Shown here: positions 38,702-52,009 of the stretch, one piece after another
Numbering within the stretch: the stretch's first letter is position 1
Layout: each line of letters opens with the position of its first letter
Origin: Malacoraja senta
Lineage: Eukaryota
Assembly (NCBI GenBank): GCA_038087875.1
Contig: CM075982.1
Location: 18,104,001 to 18,168,000 of the forward strand
DNA: 64,000 nucleotides
Direction: 5' to 3'
Notes under the pieces: model-generated
Told to the model about the DNA's origin: nothing
The model's input: only the letters and a program-made list of their open reading frames with translations
The model's database searches: none
Made by a program: the position numbers and the translations under genes

Positions 38702-39539
38702 CTGCAGAAAGCCAGAATCATGTAGTCAAATATACGCAGTCTTTGTGGAAAACTGGCAAAAGTCACATACTCTATCTCATTCTGACGAGCTGCATTGCAG
38801 CAAAATTGACAAAACTGTTCTCTCTGGAAAACAAAATACTGGTCACCTTACTTCTGCATTAATACCTGATAAGGGGTTAAGGCAGCAGCCTGGAAGGACC
38901 CGAGGCAAAGAGGTCTTCAATGTGACCAAGCGCTTACCTTGATCTCACTCATACATTTTAAGATGCCTGGGAAACCCTTACACACTATATTAAAGTTGAA
39001 ATCCCCTCTTAATAGTACTCATAATACCATTAACAAAGCAACTTCATGGAGCTGGATGCTCGGATGCAAACAGATGTGCCAGGATTAAATGGGAGGTCAG
39101 TTATTAATGGGCGATTTTGCATCACTCTGGTAATTCAGTCTCTTTCTGGGCACTTGTTTTTGCACCCATGATGAAATTTCCATGTTAGTTGCACGAGGGT
39201 TGAATCATTTCCCCTTGAAATGAGACACATTTGTCCCAAGATTAGTCTTCATTGGGTATCGTGGGACAATTAGTCAATAATAAACTTGAATTTGAACTTC
39301 TTCATGCCAAGTTTTATACTCTGATATTTCAGACACACCACTCTAAAGATGTACTGCTTTCCTACTCTCAACCCTTACCACAACCGCTTCCACCCACCCC
39401 TTCAGATTTTAAGCCCAACCACCTCCCATAACCTGTTTCTTGATGCCAAGATGCATGATGAAAGTCATTCTCTACATACCCCCCAACTTGATCCATCTGA
39501 CAGACCCGCCTTCAATCCCAATCCCTCTCTTGTTGAAGA

Positions 39540-39660
39540 TAGACACAAAATGCTGGAGTAACTCAGCGGGACAGGCAGCATCTCTGGAGAGAAGGAATGG
39601 GTGACATTTCAAATCAAGCACCCTTCTTCAGACCCGAAACATCACCCATTCCTTCTTCCA
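39540..39660. mobile_element. Penelope-derived mini-element
   Basis: tagacacaaaatgctggagtaactcagcgggacaggcagcatctctgg...gacccgaaacatcacccattcc. Confidence 0.8.
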
Positions 39661-40436
39661 ACTCAAATATTTAGCTTTGACCAGGTCCTGATTTTTCTGG
39701 CTACATTTACTCGTAAACCATCACTACCACCTACTTTATTTACTCCCTTAGCTGATTCTGGGCTGAAGTCCTCCACCAACAGCACCAGCCCCATCTCAGG
39801 CATCAACCAAGTACGAATTTCATTGTTCTGGTTTGGGATATATGACAATCAAACACTCTTGATCCTGGATTTGGTTTTGGCCAGAAGTGGCACATTTTCC
39901 ACAATAAAGTGTCCACTGCACTTTCAATATCATATTTTTTATGCCCTAGGATGTCTAGGCGAAATTACTTTTATATTTTTACCCTCTAACGTTAGATATC
40001 TTCTTCAGTGTATTTAAAGAGTACATAAATCTCCCTCTCTCGCTCTCTCTCTCCATCTTTTCTCCATTCCCCTCTGCCACTGATGAACAGATAGATTTCA
40101 CTTGGCACCAGTGGTCCCCACTCCCTCGACCTATTAATTAGATTATGGACAAAAATATCCTGGCATCCAACGGAACGCCATCTGGGAAATTGTCATAAAT
40201 TCACAGCCAAATATCTCATGACGGATTCAAGTCTTTTCATCTGTCAATGTGTGTTCCAAGGTTCTGTTCCTCTAGTTCCTGCCAGGATTTCACACGTAGC
40301 TCTCATTCAGTTCTGCCAAATTCAAATTAAAAATGCCTTTCCCAAATTTCCATGAATAGATAATAGGATGGCAATTTTAAAATATCACTGTATGCTCACT
40401 CCATATTTAAAAAACCAACCCACAGCTATAATCAAT

Positions 40437-40532
40437 GGTAGACAAAAATGTTGGAGAAACTCAGCGGGTGAGTTTCTCCAGCATTTTTGTCAACCTTCGA
40501 TTTTTCCAGCATCTGCAGTTCTTTCTTAAACA
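40437..40532. mobile_element. Internally deleted palindromic mini-element with 15-bp TSD
   Basis: TSD acagctataatcaat (40422-40436) and acagcaataatcaat (40533-40547). Confidence 0.8.
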
Positions 40533-40979
40533 ACAGCAATAATCAATAGTCAGTTTTTAACAAAATGCACCCAATTAATCTATTTTTAAATGATAGTAAT
40601 AGCATAAGTATTTCCTACAAATTGTTTATGTTTTACAGTATACATTTACTAGTATATAGGATGCATCGAATAATAGGTATTTTACATTAGAATATTCTAT
40701 CCTGTGTCTTTAAAATGTAATCACAATTAAAACAGCCAACTTCAGCAAGCAGAAGTTATATACCCTGATTGAGTTAAACAAAAATCACAATTAGAGTTCA
40801 TTTACCGGTGCTGTTGCATTAAACTTTCACCTGCATTTGTGAGAAGATAACTCTATATTGACATCTTCAGCAAACATTACTACATTGGATCTTACACTGA
40901 TAAAAAAATGTCATCCTTGTGGTGTGGCAGGTATCTGGCCATTTCCACGCTGTTTTCAAACATCTATTGGTATTTTCAT

Positions 40980-41545
40980 AAATTAAGTTATAGGAGCAGA
41001 ATTGGGCCATTCGGCCCAACAGGTCTACTCTGCCATTCAATCATGGCTGATCTAGCCCTCCCTTAACCCCATTTTCTGCCTTCTCCCCATAATCCCTGAC
41101 ACCTATACTAATCAAGTATCTATCAATTTCCACCTTAAAAATATCCTTTGACTTTGCCTCCACAACCTTCTGTAGCAATGAATTGTACAGGTTCACCATC
41201 CTCTGATTAAAACAATTCCTCCTCATCTCTTTTCTAAAGGTACCTTTAATTTTAAGGCTATAGCCTCTGGTTTCCACTAGTGGAAACATCCTCTCCACAT
41301 ACACTCTATCCAGGCCTTTCACTATTCAGTAAAGTATCAATGAAGTCTCCCCTCATCCTTCTAAACCCTAGCGAGTACAGGCCCAGTGCCGTCAAACGCT
41401 AATTGTATGTTAACCCAACCACCCTGGTATCATTCTTGTAATCCTCCTCTGGACCCTCTCCAATGCCAGCACATCCTTACTCCGATATGGAGCCCAAAGC
41501 TGCTCACAATACTCTAAATGTGGTCTGACCGGTGCCTTATAATGT
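40980..41545 (-). mobile_element. CR1 3' fragment
   Basis: ORF 41041..41322(-): KGLDRVYVERMFPLV...RMVNLYNSL. Confidence 0.9.
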
Positions 41546-41639
41546 TCTTTTAAAAAAGGACCTTTTTTAAAGAGGTTATCCCAAAAGGATGCACTGCGGC
41601 ATTGAGCATTAGGTTGAATTTGACCTATTATGTAATTCT

Positions 41640-42695
41640 TAGTTTAGTTGTTAGTTTAGTTTATTGTCACATGTGCTAGGGTACAGCGAACAGCTTTTTG
41701 TTGCATGCTATCCAGTGAGTGAAACGACTATACATGATTACATTCGAGCTGTCCACAGTGTACGGATACAGGAATAATGTTTATTGCAATATAAAGTCCC
41801 AACACGTCCGATTAATGATAGTCCAAGGGTCTCCAATGAGAAAGATAATGGCTCAGGCCCTCTCTAGTTGGTGACAGGAGGTTCACTTGCCTGATAACAG
41901 CTGGGAAGAAATTGTCTGTGAATCTGGATGTATGAATTTTCACACTTCTGTACCTCTTCCCTTACTGGCAGAGGGGAAAAGAGGGAGTGTTTGGGATGAG
42001 ATCATTAATTATGTTGGTGACCTTGCTGAGACAGTGTGGTGTAGATGGGTCCAATGGAAGGGAGGTTAGATTGTGTGATGGTCTGGGTTGCATCCACAAT
42101 TTTCTGTAATTTTTTGCAGTCTTGATTGGAGCTGTTCCCAAACTATGCTGTGATGCATTCCGATAAAATGTTTTCTACAGTGTATCTGTTGGTGAGAGTT
42201 GTTTGGGGACATGCCAAACTTTCTAAGCCTTCTAGAGAAGTAGAGGCGTTGGTATGCTTTATTGGCCATTGCTTTGCAATGGCTAGTCCAGGATAAATTG
42301 CTGGTGATATTTACTATGAACTTTCAACCATCTCCCCTTTGGCGGCATCAATGTATACCAGGGTTGTGTATCGCTTCGCTTCTTGAAGAAGATCACTATC
42401 TCCTTTGTCTTGCGGACATTGAGAGGAAGGTTGTTGTCTTGACACAAGGTTATGAGGCTCTTGATCTCCTTCCAGTTACCCGTCTCGTCATTATTTGATA
42501 TCCGGCCCTTTGCAGTGCTGTTGTCTGCAAATTTGTAAATTGAGTTGGATTTGTATTTGGCTGCACAGTTGTGGGTGTATAAGGAGTAAAGAAGGGGCTG
42601 AGAACACATTCATGCAGAGCACCAGTGTTCAGGATTATCATAGAGGATGATTTGTCTCCTATCCTCATTGATTGTGATCTGTTGGTCAGGAAGGG
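41640..42695 (-). mobile_element. Rex1/Babar-type LINE 3' fragment
   Basis: LLYSLYTHNC...IYKFAD...LNVRKTKEIVI and KAYQRLYF.RRLRKFG, with an (actaa)n tail. Confidence 0.88.
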
Positions 42696-43079
42696 CCTTG
42701 AACTATCCTGGACTAGAATCGTTCCATGCTGCCTGTTGTAACAAGCTCTGAAATATAATTTAATGTTGTATTGTGACCTCCAAGGATGTTATGTTGGGAC
42801 AGATGGGAAGGTAAAAGCATTTGAAAATCTCAAACCGACACTCTTGAGTTTAATAGCTGCAGGTCAGGCAGCATTCCTCTCCTAAGTGGTAGATTTTCAT
42901 TTGAATGTGCCAACATTTTATCATGGGTTAATTATTTAAACTTTTGTAGGTTGTAATTCCAAATAAATATTACTGTTAGCTTAACACCTGGGATGAAAGG
43001 TTTATCACAACCTCTGGCATTTCAGGTGACTTTGGTCAGAATGAGAGCTGTTTGCAGGTGGCTGTAAAATCTTCAACTG

Positions 43080-43800
43080 TTCAAAATATAAACTCTCAGA
43101 ATGCCTTGATCCACCATTCATACACATTTGACAATTGGCAAGCAACATCTACATCACACAGATATCAGGTAATGACCATATCCAAAAAGAGGGAGCCTAA
43201 CCAGCTCCTTTGCGCATTCAATGGCAATGGCATTACCTAATTCCCCAGCCATCCACATCCCGGGGTCACCTTTGACCAGATTCTCAGCTGGATTTACCAA
43301 ATAAATACCATGGCTACCAATGTAGGTCAGTCTAGTAATCTTCTTTGAGGGAATCATCGCAGGATATTCCCAAGCATTTAAAAGACAGTGGGTGTTGGAA
43401 TAATCCTCCACTTGGCTAGATATTGCCACTTGCACAACACACTAGAAGCTCAATGCCATTTGAACAATTGCTCAGTTGGCACCCAATCCACCAACCTAAA
43501 CCTTTATCCATTCACCACTACATAATGCACTGCAGTTATTGCCTCAGCTCCTCTGACAGTAAGTCCTAAACACCTGGCTACCTCCAAAAAGTATAAGAGT
43601 AGCAGGTGCATGGGTGCGCTGCCACCTACTGGCTTTCTTCCAAGTAACACATGATCCCGATTTGGAAATATTATCAACATGACTTCTTTGTTATGGAATC
43701 TGATACTTTGGATTCCCACAAACACTGCAAACAATATGGACTTTGCAATCAATTGCAACATTTACTGGCCACTATTAATTAAATTGTGGAAGCAGTTAAG
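43080..43800 (+). mobile_element. Old CR1/L2-like LINE remnant
   Basis: tggcaagcaacat...ggtaatgaccatatccaa...ggggtcacctttgaccaga; similar to 52010-52570. Confidence 0.55.
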
Positions 43801-44139
43801 AGTAAACCTCATTGGTGAGAGTCTGGATTAAGAGATGAACATGTCTGGAGTTACTCCAGGTAAGGATGCCTGATTTCCTTCCCTTAAGACTTTGGTGAAT
43901 GAGATGTGTTCATGTAAATAAGAATTGGCAATAAATTCTGCCCTTTGAGCAATCTTGAAATGCCATAATATTAATTTTTAAAATCAATAATATCACAACT
44001 GATCATTATGTTAAGTGATCTTTTATGTTAAATTATTAATTCTTGCCATTAAGAATGTTTGGAATTTTTCATTGGATCCTCTGTCTCAAAACCTTTTGGG
44101 GGTGAGAGCTATTCCAAATTTCCGTTATCCCGTTTATAA

Positions 44140-44375
44140 AGGTGTACTAGAGTAACTCAGTGGGACAGGCAGCATCTCTGGAGAGAAGGAAAGGGTGACA
44201 TTTTGGGTCAAGACCCTTCTTCAGTCTGAAGTCTGAAGAAGAGTATGAAGAAGGGTCTCGACCTTAAACATCACCATTCCTTTTCTCCAGACATGCTGCC
44301 TGTCCTGCTGAGTTACTCCAACATTTTGTGTCTAGCTTCGGTGTATAACCAGCATCTGCAGTTCCTTCCTACACA
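44140..44375. mobile_element. Palindromic Penelope-derived mini-element
   Basis: Inverted arms around cttcttcagtctgaagtctgaagaag. Confidence 0.82.
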
Positions 44376-44959
44376 TGAAGGAGCATTTCCTTATATTCCC
44401 TTGAAAATCCATGCTCACAATTCTGAATTGCTAGTTCTGGATTCCCCACTCATGGAAACAATTCCACAATATCTACTATCAAATATTTCAGTCATTTCAA
44501 TCAGCCTTTCATGACTGTATGGCTCCAAGATTTAATCTCCTTGCATATCAGTTGTCGAGAAGAACATGGAAACCCCACTCTTTATATAACAAAGAAGAAA
44601 AATCATTGTTCCAGAGAAGCAAGCCACTTGCAAGGTTGGGGTTGAGATACGCTTCATGTCTTGGCATTTACCTATCTGCACTCTCTCCACTCTGACAAAT
44701 GGCACCTTCTTAGCCACAGCAGTCAGGGTGGAAAGTACATCAATATGTGCAGCACCTCCTCTGTGCCAAGCTTCATCTTCTTTCCAATTAACAACTAACA
44801 TCTGCTGGGACTCATGAAAAACTGCAAAGTTTTGCAAGGTGAAGTATTTCAGAATGAGGATGAATGCATTTTGTACAAATGCAACTGTCAGGTTATAACG
44901 TTTAAAATGGGTCTGAAACTTGATCATGACTCCAGGATCTTATTCACCTATTATATACC

Positions 44960-45700
44960 ACCGGGTGGCGCCGCGATAGCAGTCTCGCCAACAGGCTGTC
45001 TGTCCTTTCGTCTTTTTAAAATTATTTTTAGTGTGTTTTATAAGTTTGTGTTAATGTTCTCCAGTTTGTTGTATGTGGGGGGTGGGCGGGAGGGTCGGGG
45101 AAAACTTTTTTTCAATCTTTTACCTTGCCGGAGATGCGATTGTATTCCAGGTCGTATCTCCGGTCGCTCTGCGGCCTAACATCATGCAGCTGGAGGCCTT
45201 GCTCGGGACTAACTGTAAGTTCACGGGGCGTGGACTTACATTGGAGCCGATTCCTTGCCTGGGATCGACGCTCCAACCGCGGCCTGAGGACTTTAACATC
45301 AAGGGCTCGTAGTCGCGGGAGCTCCAAAACCGCACGACGTTCGACTAGCCCCGACCCGGGGTCCGATCACCAGCGCGGGGGAGCTGACAACCCCCAGTTG
45401 CAAGAGCTTGATCGCCCCATCGAGGAGGCCCACCGCCGGCTACGGGAGTCAAGATCGTTCCGTCAACGGAAGGCTCAAGGCCCCTGACCGTGGTTGAACA
45501 TTGAAGGGAAGAGATTGAACTTTTTTTCGCCTTCCATCACAGTGAGGAATGTAGAGAAGTCACTGTGGTGGATGTTTATGTTAAAATGTATTTTGTGTGT
45601 TCTGTTGCTTTTTATTAGTAATACTGTATGGCAAATCAAATTCCTCGTATGTTGCAAAACATACTTGGCTAATAAAGTATGATTATGATTATGATTAATT
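44960..45700 (+). repeat. CpG-rich unclassified interspersed repeat joined to a Rex/L2-type tail ending in (ATTATG)n
   Basis: Abrupt GC/CpG rise at 44960-45490, followed by gctaataaagtatgattatgattatgatt. Confidence 0.5.
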
Positions 45701-45824
45701 ACACACAGCAGCAATATACCCTCTGCAGTCAGTGCAGAATTTTCAACAACTTATTATTAAATAGTACTTTCACCTCAAGAGAAGTCTAGATTTTCACTAA
45801 GGCAAATTGGTGGTAATAACTTTC

Positions 45825-45962
45825 TTCAAAATTCCAGTGAGTACAGGCCCAGTGCCAACAAATGCTCATCATGGGTTAACCTACTCATTCTTGGGATCAT
45901 TCTTGTAAACCTCCTCTGGACCCTCTCCAGAGCTAGAACATTCTTCCTCAGATACGGTGCCC
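45825..45962 (-). mobile_element. CR1 RT C-terminal fragment
   Basis: [24 protein letters not shown]...LGLYSLEF. Confidence 0.88.
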
Positions 45963-46199
45963 AAGGCCGCACAGCAGAAGGGGCTGTCGGACCGCGGCCA
46001 TACCCGGCAGCAGGCCTGGCTCGTCTGCCGTGGAACCGGGGAACCCACCTGGAGAGGGAAGCCAATGAGCCTGACCCCTGCTCTTCTCTGAGTGCCAAAG
46101 AACCAGAGAGGAAGGTGGAGGGAGTCATGCAGGTTTTGTTCTTTCGACGGCAAACGCAAGAACAGGCGGCCGGTAGGAAGAACGAGGGGTCTAATTGGT

Positions 46200-46330
46200 G
46201 TCTGAAGAAGGGTCTAGACCCAATACGTCACCTTTTCCATTTTTCCAGAGATGCTGCCTGACCTGCTGAGTTACTCCAGCATTTTGTGTCTATTTTCGGT
46301 ATAAACCAGCATCAGCAATTCCTTCCTACA
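46200..46330 (+). mobile_element. Penelope-derived mini-element (single arm)
   Basis: tctgaagaagggtctagaccc...gagttactccagcattttgtgtc...ttccttcctacaca. Confidence 0.8.
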
Positions 46331-47039
46331 CAGGGCTCTTATCTTCCGGTCGTCTACGGGAGGCACTCCCAGAGCACAAAGACTGAATGGTGGCTGGGTG
46401 AGGAGATGGATGACGGTTTTCTGGACACTCCGATACAGGCGGCGGATGCAGTGAGCCTTTATGGCCATCTGCAGCTTGAACTTTGACTCGTACGTTTGGT
46501 CTCAGTGGGTTATTTCTATGCACCTTGGAATTAAACTGGAATTGTATTTATTTATGACAATAATTTACTGAACTGTGTGCAAAAAAGGATTTTCTCTGTA
46601 CCTTGGTATGTATGATAATTAAGAACCATTGAATGTATTTTACGACAGTGCTTATAAGAGTTGGTAGTTACAGAACTCAGAATTAAAATGGTTGGCAAAA
46701 GTGAAGACAACTGAGAATGCTATACGCATCAAGGAGATACATATAGGAGAAATGGATCTGTACACTAAACTCTGCAAATGAAAGGGGTTCCATTTTTATG
46801 AGACATTTCACCTTCATAGGACATTTGAAGCCAGTTCTCAGATGCTACCTCCGATTAATTGTACAAGCATATGGCCATCTCAGTAAGGCCTGCAATGTCT
46901 TAGAAAATGATAAACCCGGATTGTAAAATCGAAGGGACAGAAAGCAGATAGAGGAAGGAGAAGGAGAGATAGAAAGCAGAGGAGTAGAACAAAGAAGAGG
47001 AGGAGAGAAAATAGGAGAAAAGTGGCAGGGGTTGTGGCG

Positions 47040-47885
47040 GATCTCGACCCAAAACGTCACCCATTCCTTCTCTCCAGAGATGCGGCCTGTCCCGCTGAGT
47101 TACTCCAGCATTTTGTGTCAATCATCAATAGTTAATTCAGTTCCTCAAGTTCATGATAGAACTGGCAGACCGATTGTTTCTCTTTGCTCGTGCCCCACTA
47201 AACTCATCTTCAAATAACTTGATTCTGTCTTGTCCTCCCTTGTCGAGTCCATTTTGATCTACATCTGAGATGCTTTGCATGCTCTTCAACAACGTTCAAT
47301 TCCTAGGCCCCCATTGCCTCATCTTTAACATGGATGTCCAGTCCCTTCACACCTTCACTCCCAACCAGAAAGGTCTCAGGAGCTCTCCCATTCCTCCTTG
47401 AACAGAGATCCTCTCAGTTCCCCTCTAATAACACTCTCCTCCTCCTGGTGGAACATCCTCACCCTCAACAACTGTTCTTTTGACTCCTCTCAGTTTCTTC
47501 AAATCATAGATATAGCCATGGGGACACATGTGGGGCGCAGCTACGCCTGCCTTTTTATTAGTTACATTGAATAGACCTTGTTTCAAATGTACGCTGGCAC
47601 CATCCCCTAATTCTTTCTCCGCTACAACTGCATCAGGGCTGCCTCCTGGACCCATGCAGAACTCGTTGATTTCATCAACTTTACCACTAACTTCCACCCT
47701 GCCCTCAAATTCACTTGGACTATCTCTGACAACCTCTCACCCCTCGATCTCTGTCTCCATCACAGGGGACTCACTTTCGACTGACATCTATTATAAAACC
47801 ATTGATTCCCACAGGTATCTGACTGCACCTCCTCTCATCCTGACTCTTGCAAGGATGCCATCCTCTACTTTCAAATTCCCCATCT
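47040..47885 (+). mobile_element. Penelope RT fragment preceded by a terminal-repeat arm
   Basis: LIFNMDVQSL..., LTLNN.SFDSSQFLQ...AMGTH and LSTDIYYKT.DSH.YL motifs of PLE reverse transcriptase. Confidence 0.85.
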
Positions 47886-48164
47886 CCCACTAGCTGGCAC
47901 TAAGCGAGAAAAGAAGGATTAGAGGCCCAATTTAGCTTTTTTTTAAAGTTTCCTTGAGAACCATGGACAATAGTAATCATCTATGCTCCTAGTTTGGAAT
48001 GAATAGCATTTGGTTTCATCAGGCCACCTTTCCCAACATCAGAACTACCTGAAGAGCTTCTCAGCCAATTCTGTTCCCAAAAACTGTTCGTAACCCAAAT
48101 TGTTTGCAAGTTGGAAATGCATTCTTAAAAGGGGATAGAAGGAACTGCAGGTGCTGATTCACCA

Positions 48165-48280
48165 GAGAACCAATGCAGTTACAGGGAGAATGTACAAACT
48201 CCATACAGACAGCACCTGTAGTCAGGATTGAACCCGAGTCTCCGGAGCTGTAAGGCAGCAACTCTACCGTCGCGCCACTG
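48165..48280 (-). mobile_element. HE1-type SINE 5' part
   Basis: Reverse strand: gtggcgcgacggtagagttgctgccttacagctccggagactcgggttcaatcctgac. Confidence 0.8.
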
Positions 48281-48990
48281 TTCCTCCAGTTTGGATGTGG
48301 CCTCATTCTAGGAATGGAAATTGGAATAGGAGTTAAAATGGTTAGCAAATTGGAGATCCCCAAGGTCTTGACGGACTGAATGCAAGTGTTCGTCGAAACG
48401 GTTGCCGACTCTACACTTGGTCTTGCCAATGTACAGGAGACCATATCGGGAACACCGTATGCAATAGATGAGGTTAGACGAGGTGCTCATGAACCACAAT
48501 CTCACCTGGAAAGTGTGCTAGTCCCTGAGGCGAGGGAGGAAGTAAAGGGACAAGTGTTACATCTCTTATGGTGCATGGGAAAGTACCTGATGACAGGATG
48601 GTTTGGGTGGGAAAGGATGAATGAATCAAGGAGATGTGAAGGGAGCATTTTCTGCAGAAGGTGGAAAGGGCTGGGAATGGGAAGATGAAACTGGTGGTGG
48701 GATCACATTGAAGATGGCGGAAATGTCGGAGGATGATGTGTTGGATGCGACGGCTGGTGGGTTGAGAGATGGGGACCAAGGGAGCTCTATCCTTGTTCCA
48801 TCTGGATTGGAGAAGTGAGAACAGAACTGCAGGGCACAGAGGAGAGGTGGGTAAGGAATTAATCTATGACAGCAGGGGGGGGGGGGACCACTTTTACTGG
48901 AATGTCCTAGAATGGAAAGCCTCATTTAGGGAGCGTTTGCAGCAGAGAAATTGAGAACAGGGGATAGTGTCTTTGCAGGGGACAGCGTTT
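48280..48990 (-). mobile_element. Penelope GIY-YIG fragment
   Basis: TSSNLIYCIRCSRYGLLYIGKTKCRVGNRFDEHL and PTSRRIQHIILRHFRHLQ. Confidence 0.92.
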
Positions 48991-49484
48991 ACTTGACTTG
49001 CTGAAGCCAATGCTACACATATGGTCCAATTAAGGGTTTTAAATCACTTTCACCTCATTTTGTAACAGGGAATGTTATGGGAGAGAAATAGATGATGTTG
49101 CTTTACAAGTGATTTGATTAAAGGGTAAATTTAATGAGGTAAATATATACATGCGTGGGCAGTTTAATTATTATTTTTCACATATGTAGTTACTGAATGC
49201 CTCACAGACTTTCCACTTATAGTAATAGTCACGTCCGATTCCACAATCACATGACAGCGATGACTGAGGTTCATCAATGCGGTAATTAATACATTGATTA
49301 TAAAAAATATTTCAAACCTATGATCAATTACAGTGAAATTCAGAGGCCCAATGTGCATGTGAAAATATGAAATTCATACTGATTACCCTGCATGGACCAA
49401 GAAATGACACCAGTCTTACAACATCCTACTGTGATTGATAGATACCACTTGACATTCATTGAAATACATTTCTCGGTTTACTGT

Positions 49485-49680
49485 AGAAACAAAGAACTGC
49501 AGATGCTGGTTTACCCGAAAAGGCACAGAGTGCTGGAGTAACTCGTCGGGTAAGACAGCGTCTCTGGAGAATATAGATGAGATGAATTCAGAAGAAGGAT
49601 CCCGACCCGAAACGTCACCTATCCATGTTCTCCAGAGATGCTGCCTGACCCGCTGAGTTATTACAGCACTTGGTGTCGGT
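49485..49680. mobile_element. Palindromic Penelope-derived mini-element
   Basis: aagaactgcagatgctggttta...gacccgaaacgtcacctatcc...gctgagttattacagcac. Confidence 0.8.
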
Positions 49681-51429
49681 TTTCGCAGTCTATTTTTCAG
49701 ATTGTATTTCCGCAACACAGGGTCCCAAGACACACTTGTTGCTCTAAGTCCGTTTCTCTCGCTGCTTTTACTTTCGACAATGTGTACCACAGTGGGAAAT
49801 GGGCATGTTCTCAAGCTTCCTAATACCTGTCTCTGACACACGGAGGTCAAGATGGGCTTCCTTACTAGCCTTCCATATCCTTCAATGGTAATATCCCACC
49901 TGCGGTAACGTTTTCACAACACTCAGCAAAGGTAATTCAGCGATGCAAATTTCAATTTAATTTTGTTCATAATATTAAATAATAGGACAGTGGTGTTTCC
50001 CGATATGGCAAAACTGACTCGGGATAAGGATGCTCTAGGTAGGTAGCGCTGGAGCGAAATGGACAGCGGAGCACTGGGGGGGAAAAGCATCCATTTTACA
50101 TACAAGAAAAATGAACATCAACCACAACATTTTAATTATCTACAGTGTAAAGTCACCTTTGCATTTAGACATCAATTTAGAAAATAGGGGAGCATTCTCA
50201 GGTATGGCGAGGTGTCGTTAAACAATGAAACATGCAGTACGCCACTAACCTGCTTTCATATGAGCTGACAGGCTTTGTGGAATCAATGTTTTCCAATGGC
50301 ATACTCTGGGGCCTTGGGGTGGCCACTGTTTGCAACGCTCCTCTCCAAAACTGCTCAAAGAGCTGCTTCTCACCGCATTCTGCCCTTGTCATGTCCGAAC
50401 ACATTTTGCATCATTTATGTGCTGCTGGCACATGAACCGTGAGCAGACACAGATTAAAAAATGGATGCTCGAGGAGTGCCTTCCAGTTGAATGAAGAGGG
50501 TGAAGCAGATCCTCCTCAGCTCTGTCTATGCTCTCACGGTCTGGTTGTAACGGTGCCTGATATGTTCTTGCTTGTGCAGCACGTAGTACATGCAGCGTTC
50601 GCAGCGCTGTCGACTTTACACTGCACACCTTTTCACAACACTGTCTGCAAGACCACCATAAGAGCCCTCAGCCATGATCCCCAGGGCTTGCCACTGAGGG
50701 ATTTATTCTATTGCCTTGGCAGAGGAATTTCCCTTTTCCTCCCTTTCCCGATTAAAACATCCAAGCAAATGCTGCATCTTTCTCTCAACTTTCTCTCAGC
50801 AGCAATTATTCACAGAACTTTAAAAATCCACCATAAAGTACAAGGCAATTAAACAGTTCGGAATTTTGTGCAAGGTAGCCTTTCAATATTCTTGAAGACA
50901 GCAGCGTTTCAATGTGAACTGCAAGGTAAAAATCTCAATAACTGGCTCCGCAGAAAACCAGGATCCCGGATTTCCCGAGACGCAGGATTCAGTCAATAAT
51001 GTTCAAGGATTCCGTCTACAATGCCTACGATGTTATATTAACGGTATAATGTGCCGGTGGGAATTATTTGATCGGGCATCATACGCTTTGAAGCAAGTGT
51101 AAATATTTGTTTCTGCAAAGTGAATTGACTTTAAATTATGCTCTTTATCCTGAGCTACTACTGTCCCCTAAACTATTTGCTTCTATGAGAAGTGAATCAC
51201 ATAGTGCTTTTTACACTAAGCAAACCACAATAAATATAACACAGTACTGTAATAATTTCCAGATGATATTCCACCATTTAGTAACGATCCACATTACTGT
51301 TCTCACGTTTTCCCAGTCAGATTTTCATCTCATGTTTGAAACCTTCACAACATAAATTGGAGCTCCCAGGTCAAACGACTGTTTACAGCAGTCACAAATA
51401 AACATGGCGCACAACCCACGTCAAACCCA

Positions 51430-51950
51430 TGGGTAGAATTGTGTTTAAAAACAGTCAAGCACTTTGTTCATTCCCACCTACTTCTCATGATGGCAAATGG
51501 ATGGCCCTGTATTCTGAAACTATACCCACCATCTTTAGATTCCCCCATGAGAGAGACATCCTCTTAGTATCTATTCTGTTAAACTCTCTCAGAATATTAT
51601 ATATTTTAGATGATACTCTCCAGTTCTAAATTCCAATGAGCACATGTCCAGCCCCTTCAACCTTTCCTCGTAAGTTAACCTCTTCTTCCCACAAATCAAC
51701 CTGCAGAATCTTCTCTGACTTGTGTCTGCTACAAATAAATCCCTCCAATATTGCATGCTATACTCCAGGTATAACCTCACTAACAGCCTGTATGGTTGCA
51801 CTAAGATTCCCTGCATTCATACTCCATCCTCTTTGCAATAAAGGATAATGTTTAATTTGCCTTCCTGGTCACTCACTGTATGTACCTGCATTCTAACATG
51901 TGTGCTTCAGGCACAAGCACATTCAGATCCCTTTATTCTGTAACATCCGC
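51430..51950 (-). mobile_element. Old CR1 fragment
   Basis: LVRLYLEYSMQYW...LTYEERLKGLD.CSLEFR. Confidence 0.75.
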
Positions 51951-52009
51951 TATTGACAACATTGACAAGGAACAATTGGACTAGCAACATTTAAAAAAAA
52001 CCTGTGGTT

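Noticed and set aside
44532-44927. 131-aa minus-strand ORF containing QQMLV, as a candidate SRRM3 exon 3
   Set aside because: It lacks YSEEEIRQKV/MEKEG and shows no convincing splice sites or recognisable domain.
44960-46190. CpG island or promoter with several overlapping ORFs
   Set aside because: Sharp borders and fusion to LINE tails indicate young repeat sequence; the ORFs reflect high GC content.
46850-47025. Pyrimidine tract plus a 41-nt AG/GT-bounded segment on the minus strand
   Set aside because: It is not frame-preserving, has no SRRM3 similarity, and the tract abuts a Penelope fragment.
49204-49320. Minus-strand DEPQSSLSCDCGIGRDYYYKWKV as an alternative SRRM3 exon 4
   Set aside because: There is an in-frame TGA just after the nearest acceptor, and the best donor has the wrong phase. 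The similarity is limited to CDC.
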